Part shown: positions 39,958 through 52,127 of the stretch, piece by piece
Layout of the letters: each line of letters begins with the position of its first letter
Numbering within the stretch: the stretch's first letter is position 1
Assembly: GCA_965228735.1 (NCBI GenBank)
Contig: OZ245838.1
Span: forward strand, 544,001 to 608,000
Reading direction: 5' to 3'
Source of the DNA: Planctomycetota bacterium
GTDB taxonomy: Bacteria; Planctomycetota; UBA1135; UBA2386
DNA length: 64,000 bases
Notes under the pieces: generated by a model
The model's input: the letters and a program-made list of their open reading frames with translations, nothing else
Told to the model about the DNA's origin: nothing
Database searches by the model: none
Program-made: the position numbers and the translations under genes

Positions 39958-42900
39958 TCAGCCCGTCGTCGTGTGCTGGCTACCGAGCCGCCGCTCCTTG
40001 ATGGTGCAGTAGAGCACGGGTACGACGAATACCGTGAGCATGGCGATCAGCATCCCACCGAAAGAAGGGATGGCCATCGGGACCATGATGTCGGACCCGC
40101 GGCCCGTCGAGGTCAGGACCGGGATGAGTGCGAGGATCGTCGTCGCGCTCGTCATGAGCGCGGGGCGGATACGCTTCTTGGCTCCCTCCACGACCAAGTT
40201 GTGTATGTCTTCGCGAGACCGCGGATGTGCTCCGCGGAAACTCTGTTCGAGGTAGGTCGCCATCACGACGCCGTCGTCTGACGCGATGCCGAATAGGGCC
40301 AGGAATCCGACCCAGATGGCGACGCTCAGGTTGATGGTGTCGACCTGGAAGAGGGCGCGCAGATTCTCGCCGAACAGGTCGATGTCGAGGAAGCCTCCGA
40401 TGCCGTACATCCAGATAAGGAGGAAGCCTCCTGCCCATGCGACCACGATGCCCGAAAACACCAGCAGCGAGGTCGAGACCGAACCGAACTGGAGGTAGAG
40501 GATCAGGAAGATGACGAACAGCGCGACGGGCAAGACCAGCGCAAGCGTCTTTTGGGATCGGATTTGGTTCTCGTAGCTTCCGGAGAAGCTGTAGCTCACG
40601 CCGGCGGGCAGTACGAACTCGCCGGAGTCGAGCTTCTGCTGTAGGAACGCCTGGCATTCTTCAACAACGTCGACTTCTGCGCTGTCCGCTTGCTTGTCGA
40701 AAACCACGTAGCCGATGAGGAACGTGTCTTCACTCTTGATGGCCTGTGGTCCGCGAACGAAGCGAATCTCCGAGAGCTCAGAGAGCGGGACCTGCGCGCC
40801 GGTCGGAGTGGGAACAAGGATCTCTCCGAGGCTCTCGGGCGTGTCGCGCAACTCCCGCAGATACCGGACGCGTACCGGGTACCGCTCACGACCCTCGACC
40901 GTCGTGGTGATTCGCTTACCGCCGATGGCTACCTCGATGACCTGTTGCACCGAGCCGACATGGAGGCCATACCTGCCGAGCGCCTTGCGGTTGAGCTCGA
41001 TCTCGAGGTAGGGCTTGCCAACCAGGCGGTCGGCGGTCACCGTCGGAGCGGATACGCCTGGGACCTGCTTCAGGTAGCGCTCCAGCTGCACGGCGACCTC
41101 CTCGATCGTAGCGAGATCGGGCCCTTTCACCTTGATGCCCATCGGCGCTCGCATGCCGCTTTGCAACATGACGATGCGCGCCGCGATCGGCTGCAGTTTC
41201 GGGGCAGATGTCGTGCCGGGTATCTCGGATGCCGCGACGATCTCGTCCCAGATGTCGTCGGGAGATTTGATGTGATCGCGCCACTGTCGGAACGGGCGTC
41301 CGTTCGTGTCGGGGATCAGGTCGCCTTCTTCGTTTCTCGCAAACTCGCCCGTTTCCTCGTCGAAGCGGAAGCTGATGCGGTCTCCGTCTTTATCGGTGAT
41401 GTATTCGGGCCGATAGTTGATGACCGTCTCGATCATCGAGATCGGGGCTGGGTCAAGAGGAGTTTCAGCTCGACCCAGCTTCCCGACGACTGACTCGACC
41501 TCCGGTATCCTGGCGATGGAGGTGTCCTGATACTGCAGGACCTCCATGGACTCACCGATCGACGCATGGGGGAGTGTCGTCGGCATGAACAGGTAGGAGC
41601 CCTCGTCCAGTGGTGGCATGAACTCCTTGCCGAGCCCCGGGAACACGCTCGCCATCCGTTGCCAGGGTGCACTCTGTCGCATGAACTCGGGCGCAAAGCC
41701 GAAGACGCGATCGAAACCGAACCAGGAGCAGGCGCCGAGAGCGACGATGAGGGTTGGCGCCGACAGGAACAGGAGCTTGTGTCGCAGGCACCATCGCAGG
41801 ACGCGCGGATAAACGCGTTGGAAGGCGAGGAACGTTCCTAGCAGTCCGCCGATCAGAACCCCGACGAATGCCAGGTTCTTGAGGAACCCGCGACTGGGAC
41901 CGAGCGGTAGCCACGATTGCGTTAGTTCGATCAGAACGAATAGCGCAACAGCCAGGCTGACGACGATCGGCCCCGAGTTACCGGTCCAGCGCGGGATCCT
42001 GCTCTTGAGGAGTTGGAATGCCGCAAATGCCAGGAGCAGACTCCCTCCGACGATGCTTGTTGTGATAGCTACGACGAGTCCTGCGGCGGCAAGCCCCGCA
42101 TGCATGAGAGCCTTGGTGCGCGTCGAGCGAATCGAGCCCGTGAACAGGATGTGGGCCGCCGGTGGGATCACCGTCAGTGCGACGATGATCGATGCAACCA
42201 GGGCGAACGTCTTGGTGAAGGCGAGTGGTTGGAAGAGCTTGCCTTCGGCGCCCGTCATCGTGAATACGGGCAAGAAGCTGACGACGGTCGTCGCGACGGA
42301 GGTGATGACGGCGCTGCCAACCTCGCGTGTAGCACGGAAGATCGTCTCGATGGGAGGTGTGTCGGGATCCGCTTCCCTGAGGTGGCGCAGGACGTTCTCA
42401 CAGATGATTACGCCCATGTCGACCATCGTGCCGATGGCGATTGCAATACCCGAAAGCGCGACGATGTTCGCCGCGACCCCGAACGTTCGCATGGCGATGA
42501 AGCACATCAGTACGGCGACTGGGAGCAAAGCGCTGATGAGCAAGGAGCTCCTCAGGTGAAGCACCATGATGAGCATCACGATCATCGTCACGAGGATCTC
42601 CTCGACGAGCGCTGAGTTGAGCGTGCCGAGAGTCTCGTAGATGAGGTCCGTTCGGTCATAGAACGGGACGATGGTCACCTGGCTGAGGTTCACGCCGGTA
42701 GGCCATGCCGACTTCTCATTGGATCTCAAGAACGGCACCCAGGCCGCTTGGTTGAGGTCGTCACCATCGAACGCCTCGAACCCCTGTAGGGCTGCGAAGC
42801 CGCGTAGCGCGTCTTTCGACGTTGCCGTGAAGTCAGCGATTGCCTTCGTCGGCAGTCCAGGGGCGATCTCCGCGATCTTCGCCTTGGTGTTCTTGATCGC

Positions 42901-43808
42901 CTGAAGCGGGTTGAAGCCGTAACGGACCACAACGACACCGCCAACGGCTTCTGCGCCGCCCTTGTCCAACGCCCCTCGACGCAGGGCGGGCCCCTTGGTG
43001 ACATGGCCGACATCGCGGACGCGGATCGGCACGTTGTCGTTGACACGTACGACGGTCTCCTCGATGTCCTCGACGTTCTTGACGAAGCCAAGGCCGCGGA
43101 TCACATACTCGGCTCGGCTGACCTCGATCGTGCGAGCGCCGACGTCGAGGTTCGACATCTTCGTTGCCGCGAAGACCTGATCCAGCGTGACGCCGTGTGC
43201 CCGCATGGCGTCCGGATCGACGTCGATCTGGTATTCCTCGACGAATCCACCGATGGAGGCGACCTCGCTTACGCCTTCTGCAGCAAGCAGCGTGTAGCGG
43301 ACATACCAGTCCTGCACACTGCGCAACTCCTGTGGCCCCCATCCTCCAGTGGGGTTGCCGTCGGGGTCGCGCCCCTCGAGTGTGTACCAGTAGACCTGAC
43401 CCAGTGCCGTGGCGTCCGGTCCGAGCGCTGGCTGGACGTCCGCGGGCAAGGTGCCTCTCGGCAGGCTGTTGAGCTTCTCGAGGACGCGGCTTCTGCTCCA
43501 GTAGAAGTCGATGTCCTCATCGAAGATGATGTAAACGGTCGAGAAGCCGAAGAACGAGTAACTGCGTACCGTCTTGACACCGGGCAGCCCGAGAATACGA
43601 TCTGCTGGTTCTCACCGATGTCGGGGATGGCGTCGACCGGAACCGGATCGCGTGGCAAGCCACCTGCTTTCCAATCGAACGGGGCGACGAGCGCACCCCA
43701 TCCCATGACGCCGAGCACAAGGAGGAAGACGATCAGCTTCTTCCGTAGGCAGAACCAGATCAGGCGGTCCAGGAACGACTTCGGTTCGTTGGTGAGATCA
43801 CTTGCCAC
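39958..43808 (-). pseudogene. cusA: CusA-family Cu/Ag RND transporter with a frameshifting deletion near 43594
   Basis: VDAIPDIGENQQIVF joins out of frame to LGLPGVKTVRSYSFFG; the segment normally between them is missing. The remainder is intact (AIGTMVD, KEFMPPLDEG, RIRPALMT). Confidence 0.85.
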
Positions 43809-46137
43809 GGAGGTCCTCGCGAGGCTCGAGGGTTTCGATGGCGGAGCCGCAATCCAGCATCTTGGCGCCGTAGTAGGGGTTCTGCACCTCGTCCGAACCC
43901 TGCAACCAACGCGCGCCGCGGCCGTCGAATGCCATTGGGCAATGCATGACACGGACCTTCGCAGGCGAACCGAGTGCGCGGAGTGCCGTTTCAATACCCT
44001 TGGACACTTGCTCGAACGCCGCTCGCGCACCTTCGATGTCGTCGCCCTCGGAAATCTGGCGCGCGCTCGTGACCACTGCGTTCGTCAACGATTGCCACGC
44101 GACTTGCGCCGGTGCTGGTAGAGACGTCGACGAAACGCCGTCGGTTGCGGCGGCCAGCTTCGACGCTGCCGACTTGGCCTTGCTGAGATCGTCAGCTGCG
44201 AGGGCCGAATGCAGATCAGAGTAAGCCTCCCAGTTCCGTCGAAGCGCTGAGCGCACCTCCTCCGGCAACTCGACGGGCGTACCTGACGGGGATTCTGCCG
44301 TCGTTTGGAAGTGCTTCCGCATCATCTCGACCGACGTGGTGAGCTTCCCGAGGTTTGACTTCGCGGTCGACGTGTCAGGCGAAGCACTGCCTTCGAATGC
44401 GTCGTTCGACAGGCGCATCGACAGCTCCATCCACATCTTGTGGGAATCCCCCTCGAACAGCTGCATCCGGGTTTCGGCAACGGCCTTGCCGAGTTGCTCG
44501 AACCGTTGTTTTGCTTCGTGGAGGTCGCCTGCATCTACGGACGCGGTGATGTCAGCGTAGACCCGCTCGATCAGCTGCAGTCGAGTCCGCGCGCCCGCCG
44601 AGAGCATGGAAGCGTGGCTCTGACCCGAGGGCATCGTTGCTGGCTTCGTTCCGGCTCCGCCGCCGTGGTTGTGGCCGCCCGCGGGCTGGCCGCCCGCAGG
44701 GCTCATCATGCTCGGTCTGGCCTGCAACTGGAGAGCGCTGTCGATCTTGAAGTTGCCTTCGGCCACCACGAGCTCGTTTTCCTGGAGGCCGTGAAGGACG
44801 ACGTACTGGTCGCCGGCTCTCGGTCCGAGCACGACCTCCCGACCCTCGTAGGTCGGAGTCTCTCGGTCGGGGAGCTCGACGTAGACGATGGCGCGCGTTC
44901 CGGTCACCAAGGTGGCGGAGACCGGCACAACGAGCGGGGCTTCGTCCTGAACTTCAGTTGCGGGGACGTAGCCGAGTTCGTGGGCAGGGACGAGATCCAT
45001 GCCGCACACGTCGCACTTGCCGGGGCCGTCCTTCACGATCTCGGGATGCATGGGGGAGATCCACTTTCCGACGAGGGATGGATCCATGACCTTGCCAGCG
45101 CCAGCGATCCGGGCCGCGACGGTTGCGTGCACGAACATGTCTGGCTTGAGCAGGCCGTCGGGATTCGGCACGTTCACGCGGACCTTGACGGTGCGTGTGC
45201 GACGGTCGAGGACGGGGTCGATGAAGGAGATTCGGCCGTTGAACCGTCGTCCGCCGTAGGCCTCGGTCTCGAACGAGACCTGCTGACCATATCGAAGCCA
45301 CTCCAGGTCGCTCTCGTATGCGTCCAGTTGCACCCAGACGTGACTGAGGTCCGCGATCGTGAAGATGCGCGTTCCCGTCTGCACGTACATGCCCTCCTGG
45401 GCACTACGGTGGATGACGAGGCCGGATGAAGGTGCGTGGATCGTGACGTGCTCCTCGGCAGATCCCCGTTTCTCGATTGCCGAGATCTGCTCCTTCGAGA
45501 GGCCCCAGAGGCGCAGCTTCTCTCGTGCCGAGTCGATGGTGCCCTGAGCCGAGGCTCTCAGTGATTCGAACTCGCTCTTCTGCAGGTCTCCAAGCGATGC
45601 TAGCGCCTGTAGCAGCTCCTCCTGCGCGCTATAGAGCTCAGGGCTGTAGAGCTTCACCATGTGGTCACCCTTGCGCACGGTGACCCCGGTGAAGTCTACG
45701 TAGAGCTCGTCGATTCTCCCTGGAACCCAAGCGGTGATGTAGCCGAGTCGTGTCTCGTCGTAGGTCACCTTGCCGACGAGGCGCACCCTTGCATCGGGGA
45801 AGCGTCGCTCGACGGGGACGGTTCGAACGCGCATGAGGGCTCGCTGTTCCGGACGTATCGTCAGTTGTCGTAGCCCACCCGAGTCGCCGCCGCTCGAGGC
45901 CCGGATGAGATCCATCCCGCAGATGGGGCACTTGCCCTGCGATGGCATGCGGATCTGTGGGTGCATGGAGCAGGTCCACACTTCGGCTGCAGCGGCATGG
46001 CCTTCGTGCGTAGTCGTCGAGTGCTCGGGGTGCGTGGGCGGTGTTGCATCACCCCATAGGAGGTAGCCGACTCCGAGCCCGGCGATGGTTGTGGCGACGA
46101 GCAGCGCGGTCAGACGGGTGGTCTTGCTTACGTTCAT
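43798..46137 (-). CDS. cusB: CusB-family MFP with heavy-metal-binding domains and C-terminal DUF3347-like region
   Basis: WTCSMHP..CPICGMDL, ISPMHP..CDVCGMDL, MFP core, HCPMAF...NPYYG. Confidence 0.9.
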   Translation of the reverse strand: MNVSKTTRLTALLVATTIAGLGVGYLLWGDATPPTHPEHSTTTHEGHAAAAEVWTCSMHPQIRMPSQGKCPICGMDLIRASSGGDSGGLRQLTIRPEQRALMRVRTVPVERRFPDARVRLVGKVTYDETRLGYITAWVPGRIDELYVDFTGVTVRKGDHMVKLYSPELYSAQEELLQALASLGDLQKSEFESLRASAQGTIDSAREKLRLWGLSKEQISAIEKRGSAEEHVTIHAPSSGLVIHRSAQEGMYVQTGTRIFTIADLSHVWVQLDAYESDLEWLRYGQQVSFETEAYGGRRFNGRISFIDPVLDRRTRTVKVRVNVPNPDGLLKPDMFVHATVAARIAGAGKVMDPSLVGKWISPMHPEIVKDGPGKCDVCGMDLVPAHELGYVPATEVQDEAPLVVPVSATLVTGTRAIVYVELPDRETPTYEGREVVLGPRAGDQYVVLHGLQENELVVAEGNFKIDSALQLQARPSMMSPAGGQPAGGHNHGGGAGTKPATMPSGQSHASMLSAGARTRLQLIERVYADITASVDAGDLHEAKQRFEQLGKAVAETRMQLFEGDSHKMWMELSMRLSNDAFEGSASPDTSTAKSNLGKLTTSVEMMRKHFQTTAESPSGTPVELPEEVRSALRRNWEAYSDLHSALAADDLSKAKSAASKLAAATDGVSSTSLPAPAQVAWQSLTNAVVTSARQISEGDDIEGARAAFEQVSKGIETALRALGSPAKVRVMHCPMAFDGRGARWLQGSDEVQNPYYGAKMLDCGSAIETLEPREDLRGK

Positions 46138-46141
46138 CTTG

Positions 46142-47545
46142 CTACTTCTCCTTGTCGGACGATTTCACGTCCGCGCTCTTCGTGGGGATCGCGTGGCCGA
46201 CGAGGCGCTCGAGTACCGCTCGCCACTGTCCGTGGTCGGCACGGGATCGCTCGAATGACAGTTCGAAGGACAGCAGCATCCGCTGCGCATCCACCAGGTC
46301 GGAGAAGCTTCCATTCCCCGCGCTGTAGGCTGTCTGAGTGGTCGCGAGCGACTCGCGCGCCTTGGGAAGCAGTGTGTCGCGATACAAGGCAATCTGTCGT
46401 TCTGCGTCGCGGATGCGGAACAGCGCAGTCGCCGCTTCTGCCTGAAGCTTGTTGAGCAGGTCTCCTCGTCTCAGTGCCGTCGAAAACTGGCGGGCTTTGG
46501 CTTCACGAACGGCCGCGTTGTACTTGCCGCGTGCAATTGGAAGATTGAAAGAGACGCCAGCAATGACGGCATCGTCGCCGCTGCCCGCCACTCCAGGCAT
46601 GCGAGCATCGCCGGTGGCCAGGTAATCGACACCGAAGGTGAAGTCGGGGTAGAAGTCCTTCTCGGCACGCAGGGCGGCTGCCCTTGCGGCGTCGATTTCG
46701 TGCCGCATCGCCATGAGCTCCGGGTTGCTGGTGGCAATCCACCCGAGAACCTCTTCGTCGGGGGCCCCGAGCGGATGGACGTCGGCCTTCTTTGGGAACG
46801 GGATCGGAGTCGATTTGCGTCGATTGAGCGCCGCGTTCAATCGTGCGATGAATGGCGACTTGCGATCGTCCAGGCTGGCCAGCTGGTTCTCCAGCTGGCC
46901 GAGTTCCACCTGGGCGCGGATGATATCGGGGTGGTTGGCGGCTCCTGCCCCGTAGCGGGCGCGGGCTACTCGCTCAAGCTGCTGGATGAGGTCGCGGTTG
47001 CCGCGGACGACTTCGACGGCACGCCCCAGATGGTAGTACTCCAGGTAGGCATCGATGACCTCTGCGACAAGCGAGTCTTTCTTCGCCTCGAACCTCTCCT
47101 TAGCGGCACCTGCAGCGCCCGAGGCGATCTGGCCCTGCAACTCGAGTTTGCCGAACCAAGGCAGTGTCTGTGATAGGCCGAACGCGTGCTGTTGCGGACC
47201 GACGCGGGTCTCGACTTCCTGGATGTAGTACCGGTAGCTGAACCTCGGATCCGGGAGCGCCGTCACCTGGGGGATGCGCTCCATCGCGGCGATGTAGTCC
47301 TGGAACGCGGCTTCCAAGCCGGGGTTGTTCAGTAGCGCGTACCGGATGTAGGTATCGAGATCGGAGTTGATTGTGAAGTCGGGCAGTTGCGGCCGTTCGG
47401 CGCGCATTCCGGCTGGTGCGCTGGTGTACGGACCGATGGGCGTCGTGCGTGGATGCATGCTGCACGCGGCAATCGTGGGTAGGAGGCAACAGAGGGCGTT
47501 GCCGACGCGGACTCGCGTCCACCGACGTTGTGCTGTCGTCTTCAT
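46142..47545 (-). CDS. TolC-family OMF (CusC role)
   Basis: Lipobox-like IAAC, ALPDP, LPWFGKL, DFYPD. Confidence 0.9.
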   Translation of the reverse strand: MKTTAQRRWTRVRVGNALCCLLPTIAACSMHPRTTPIGPYTSAPAGMRAERPQLPDFTINSDLDTYIRYALLNNPGLEAAFQDYIAAMERIPQVTALPDPRFSYRYYIQEVETRVGPQQHAFGLSQTLPWFGKLELQGQIASGAAGAAKERFEAKKDSLVAEVIDAYLEYYHLGRAVEVVRGNRDLIQQLERVARARYGAGAANHPDIIRAQVELGQLENQLASLDDRKSPFIARLNAALNRRKSTPIPFPKKADVHPLGAPDEEVLGWIATSNPELMAMRHEIDAARAAALRAEKDFYPDFTFGVDYLATGDARMPGVAGSGDDAVIAGVSFNLPIARGKYNAAVREAKARQFSTALRRGDLLNKLQAEAATALFRIRDAERQIALYRDTLLPKARESLATTQTAYSAGNGSFSDLVDAQRMLLSFELSFERSRADHGQWRAVLERLVGHAIPTKSADVKSSDKEK

Positions 47546-47635
47546 CGTGAGTTGACTCGATATGTGCGGATCATGAGAGCCGCACCCCCATAGGCGGTGA
47601 CCCGTACCATCTTAGGGGCGCTCGGTTTGGTGGGC

Positions 47636-48638
47636 TCAGTAGCCGGACCCGCTGATGATCTTCGCCTGTAGGATCAACGAGTGGAGTCGGTGGGACCCCT
47701 TGTTCTCCGGGTCGGTCTCGCACGCCTTGTTGCACCACTCGCTTGCGTCCGACAACGCCTCTCGTTCGAGGTAGATTTGACCGAGTGCGAGGTACGCCGC
47801 GGTCAGGCGGCTGCGTAGCTCCGCTTGGGCGGCCGCAAGGCGGTCGGCGGTGCTGGAAGCATTTGTCGACGCTTGTTCAGTTTCTGATGCTTCAGGGCCG
47901 ACCAGGTCGTGCACGGCCTTCCAGGTCTTCTCCATGCGCGCGATCCCTCGTTGTAGGCGGCGTTGATCTCGCATCTTTCCGTGGGCGGGGGGCGCAGAGT
48001 CAGACGCGCTCCGCTCCAGCGCGCGCCTGACCTTCTTGATGGCCGCTGTTGCTTCCTTCTCGGTGACGACGCGCGCGAATGGTGTGGCGACCGAGCGGAC
48101 CTTCTTGAGCAGGGCTCGTGCGGCGGCCGCGGCGTCCGTGTCTGAGTAGTCCCGGACGATCGTCTGTGCAGCGAGCTTTGCGGAGCCGTAGAGACCCGCT
48201 TCTGCGTCGGAACTGGCAGCGCGCAGGAGTTGCGTCGCGATGGATTGCCTGAGAGCCTTGATGAGGCGATTGCTCGCATCGGTCAGGGCAGGGTCGCGAC
48301 GTGCAGATTCACGTGCCTCGGCAATGCCGAAGGCAAACAGACCAAGTTCACGACACGTCTGAGCAAGCTCGAGATGAGCCGTGCCGCTTGTTTGATCCAT
48401 GCGTCCGGACAGGATCGCATACATCGACCGAGGCTTGATGTCGCCGCGCTTGAGAACGCGCGTTTCGACGCGTGGAAACGTAACGGCGATTTCGATGGTC
48501 GATGCCTGCACGTTCACGACTCGTCCGATAACGACCTCGCCGGTTCGAAGCGCGATCCCCTGTGCTGGAATGGCTGCAGCGATGAGGAAGAAGGCCGCTG
48601 TGAGCGCTGGGCCGACCATTGGGGAGGTAGGGTTCATG
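47636..48638 (-). CDS. Secreted helical/TPR-like hypothetical protein (start uncertain)
   Basis: Signal-like segment and TPR-like AYLALGQIYL...ETDPEN. Confidence 0.6.
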
Positions 48639-48856
48639 GTGTTCCGGGGACTGTCCGCAGTCGTCGCGTGTTGATGTCCTGACTGCGGAGAGCAACATGC
48701 ATGCCGTTTCGCAGCAGCCTGAGGTACGGTCGTTGCACACACTGCGACGACGAAAGCCATTGCCTTGCCGCGGTAGGGGCAGCATGTTCCCCTCCGGCGA
48801 CGCCCAATTGGGCGACTTGAACGAAGCTGGCCCCGTTGCGGCGCGACCAGATCCTG

Positions 48857-50710
48857 ATGCCATCCTCACCAGAAACTGTTCACAGCGAGCGGAGCGATAC
48901 CGTGGCGAAGCCAGCGCACGAAGCCGGTGGGCACCTGCGGCGCCGTCTGTTGCTTTGGTCACTCGGGATCGCCTTGGTGCCGATGATCTTGCTGGCGGCC
49001 CAAGGCTACCACTGTGCCAAGTCGGCCGTCCTGGATGCCGCGACTGCCAGGTTGGCTCAGCTCACCGCTTCGCGCGAGCGCCAACTAGAGCTTTGGTTCC
49101 GCGAACGAGTCGCGGATGCGGGGTTCCTCGCTGGCTGTCCGGCAGTGCGGCATCGGTGTACGACTGACAGTTCTCAGGGGGGCGTGGAGCATGGTGCGAA
49201 CGCTCTGCTAGGTCAGTTCGTGGCGAGGAACGGTTTGTATGAAGCGCTTGGGCTCTACGATCTGAAGTGGCGGGAGCTGGCTGGGGCCGGGACTGATGCG
49301 CACGGAATCGAAGATTTCGAGCGATCAGACATCAAGCTCGCGGTGCGAACCTCAACGTCGGGGGCCGCGGGGCGAATACACCGGCATGAGAACGGGCAGC
49401 TGGGCATGCACTTCGGTGCTGCAGTGATGCGTGATGGCGTCATCACTGGGTATGTCTTGACGGCTCTCGACGAATCGAAGCTCGAAGACATCTTGTCGGA
49501 TGTAGGCGCAGGGCTATCCAACAGTCGCTGCTACTTGGTGTCGTCGGAAGGGGTACTGTTGACTTCGTCCGGACTGCGAGATTCCGGGGATGCTCTCCAA
49601 GCCGAGATTGACACCGTTGGGTTTCGTCGCGCGAAAGGAGGAGACTCGGGCGCGGCGCTCTACTCCGACGCCAGCGGCCGCGAGGTGGTAGGTGGCTTCA
49701 CCGCGCTTCCCCAGATGGGGTGGGTGCTGCTGCTCGAGCAGGACGCTGCAGAGGCCTTGGCGTGGCTCCCCGAGCTCAGCTCGAGGGCGGCGCTCACGGC
49801 GCTCGTCGTCGCCCTGATCGTTGTTCTCATCGTGCGCGTGGGGGCTCGGCAACTCACGACACCACTGCAGCAGTTGGTCCGGGTCGCACATCGTGTCGGT
49901 GGCGGGGATCACGCAGCCCGCGTCGTGCCCTTGGCTCAGCCCGAGGTAGATGCTGTAGGTCGTGCGTTGAACGGCATGCTCGACGAGTTGTCGCAGGCTC
50001 GGCAGCGAATCGTGCATTCAGAGACCCTAGCTGCGATGGGGGAGATGAGTTCGGCCGTCGTTCATGAGATGCGCAATCCGCTTTCGTCGATCAAGATGAA
50101 CCTCCAAGCAATCCGGTCGGGTCTCGCAGCCGGTAGCAGGCATGTCGAGCTTGCCGATATTGCACAAGAGCAGGTTTCTCGCCTTGAGCGGATGTTCACT
50201 GACCTGTTGTCGCTGAGCCGTCCGTTGTCGATGGACTACCGCGTGCATCGACTTCGGGACGTGATCGTGGCGGCGCTCGAGGCGGTCGAGAATGAGGCCG
50301 GGGAGCTGCGCTGTCGCATCCGTGTCGAGGATGGTCACGAGGACCTTGAACTCCGGATTGATTCGGAGCGGATCCGGCAAGTGTTGGTCAATCTGTTTGA
50401 GAACGCGATGGCCGCGACCGGGCCTAACGGGCAAATCGACGTTGCGGTCCTGCTCGACGAGCGAGCGAGGATGGTGGCGCTAGAGGTTTCGGACGACGGT
50501 CCGGGGATTCCAGAAGACAACCGAGAGCGACTGTTTCAGCCATTTTTCACCTCCCGGGAGCAGGGCACGGGGCTCGGGCTGGCGATCGTTCGGAAGATCG
50601 TCGATTACCATGGGGGCCGTGTCAGCGCAGCGAACCGCGTGGATGATCGCGGAGCGGTCGCTGGTGCCGTGTTCCGAATCGAGTTGCCCAATGAGCCAGA
50701 GCCAGCATGA
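48857..50710 (+). CDS. Sensor histidine kinase (periplasmic sensor, HAMP, HisKA, HATPase)
   Basis: Two TM helices, HEMRNPL, NLFENA, DDGPG, GTGLGL. Confidence 0.93.
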   Translation: MPSSPETVHSERSDTVAKPAHEAGGHLRRRLLLWSLGIALVPMILLAAQGYHCAKSAVLDAATARLAQLTASRERQLELWFRERVADAGFLAGCPAVRHRCTTDSSQGGVEHGANALLGQFVARNGLYEALGLYDLKWRELAGAGTDAHGIEDFERSDIKLAVRTSTSGAAGRIHRHENGQLGMHFGAAVMRDGVITGYVLTALDESKLEDILSDVGAGLSNSRCYLVSSEGVLLTSSGLRDSGDALQAEIDTVGFRRAKGGDSGAALYSDASGREVVGGFTALPQMGWVLLLEQDAAEALAWLPELSSRAALTALVVALIVVLIVRVGARQLTTPLQQLVRVAHRVGGGDHAARVVPLAQPEVDAVGRALNGMLDELSQARQRIVHSETLAAMGEMSSAVVHEMRNPLSSIKMNLQAIRSGLAAGSRHVELADIAQEQVSRLERMFTDLLSLSRPLSMDYRVHRLRDVIVAALEAVENEAGELRCRIRVEDGHEDLELRIDSERIRQVLVNLFENAMAATGPNGQIDVAVLLDERARMVALEVSDDGPGIPEDNRERLFQPFFTSREQGTGLGLAIVRKIVDYHGGRVSAANRVDDRGAVAGAVFRIELPNEPEPA

Positions 50711-52055
50711 CGCCCTCCGCATTCTGATCGTCGATGACGATGCGGCCATCTGTAGGTCGCTACAGATCCTCCTTGAAGAGCAGGGACACGCCGTCGCGAC
50801 GCGCACGAAGGGCGGAGCTGCCGGCGAGGCGGTGCGAGAGTTCGAACCTGACATCGTCTTCCTGGATCTCCGCTTGCCCGATCGCGATGGGTTGAGGGTT
50901 CTGAAGGACCTGACCGACGCCGCGGACGCGCCCGAGGTCGTCATGATCACGGGGGTTCAGGACATGAAGTCGATGATCGAGGCGATCCAGATTGGAGCAC
51001 TGGACTACGTCCGCAAGCCGCTGGCGGTAGAGGATGTGCTCGTGGCGATCGAGAAGTGTCGGCAACGGCGCCGGCAGCGGCGGCCAATGGCACAGCGGGC
51101 GGACCTCGTCCCGATCACTCCCGGTGCGGAGCACCCGGATGAAATCGTCGGGTCAGACCGACGTATCCTCGAACTCCTGAAGCAGGTCGGCCTTCTATCA
51201 AGGAGTCAGGTTACGGTCCTGATCGAAGGCGAGAGCGGCACGGGAAAGGAGCTTGTCGCCCGGGCGATTCATAACGCGTCATCGCCTGCTGAGCCCTTCG
51301 TGGCAATCAACTGCGCGGCGATCGTGCCCACACTCCTCGAGAGCGAGCTCTTCGGTTATGAGAAGGGGGCATTCACTGGAGCGGATTCCAAGAAGCAAGG
51401 GAGGCTCGAGGATGCAGGGGGCGGAACGCTGTTCCTCGACGAGATCGGCGACATGCCACTCGAACTCCAGGCCAAACTCCTACGGGCCTTGCAGGAGCGC
51501 ACATTCGAACGCGTAGGGGGCAACCACAGCGTCTCCTTCGAAGCGCGAGTGCTTGCAGCTTCCCATCGAGATCTCGGAGAAATGGTCGAGCGCGGTGAGT
51601 TCCGGGAAGACCTGCTATACCGCCTATCCGTTGCGCGGCTCGAAATCCCGCCGCTTCGAGAGCGTCCCGGAGACATTCGAATCTTGGCGACCCACCTTCT
51701 TCATCGGATCCGGCGGCGCCTGGAAAGCGAGGTCACTGCCATCTCTGAGACAGCGTTGAAGCAGCTCGAGTTGCACTCGTGGCCTGGCAACGTCCGCGAA
51801 TTGGACAACGTGCTCACCCGTGCCGTGGCGCTCGCTCGTGCAGACGTGATCGAGGAAGTGGATATTGCGCCGGCTAGGCCTTCTCACGAAGCCGTCGCCG
51901 AGGATGGTCCGGTCAAGAAGCTCTGGGAGGTCGAGCGGGATCACGTCCGCCACGCACTTGACAGTACGGGATGGAACATCACGCGAACGGCGCAGGTCTT
52001 GGACATTTCGCCAACCACGCTGCGGAAGAAGATCGTCGACTACGAACTGCGCTAG
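50691..52055 (+). CDS. NtrC-family sigma54-dependent response regulator
   Basis: Receiver domain, GESGTGKE, GAFTGA, WPGNVREL, Fis-type HTH. Confidence 0.95.
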   Translation: MSQSQHDALRILIVDDDAAICRSLQILLEEQGHAVATRTKGGAAGEAVREFEPDIVFLDLRLPDRDGLRVLKDLTDAADAPEVVMITGVQDMKSMIEAIQIGALDYVRKPLAVEDVLVAIEKCRQRRRQRRPMAQRADLVPITPGAEHPDEIVGSDRRILELLKQVGLLSRSQVTVLIEGESGTGKELVARAIHNASSPAEPFVAINCAAIVPTLLESELFGYEKGAFTGADSKKQGRLEDAGGGTLFLDEIGDMPLELQAKLLRALQERTFERVGGNHSVSFEARVLAASHRDLGEMVERGEFREDLLYRLSVARLEIPPLRERPGDIRILATHLLHRIRRRLESEVTAISETALKQLELHSWPGNVRELDNVLTRAVALARADVIEEVDIAPARPSHEAVAEDGPVKKLWEVERDHVRHALDSTGWNITRTAQVLDISPTTLRKKIVDYELR

Positions 52056-52127
52056 GGGAGCATCCGTTGCGCCGCTGTCGAGCGGATGGCGGGGGCTGTG
52101 CACACTCGCCCGGCTGGGAGGCTTGCC

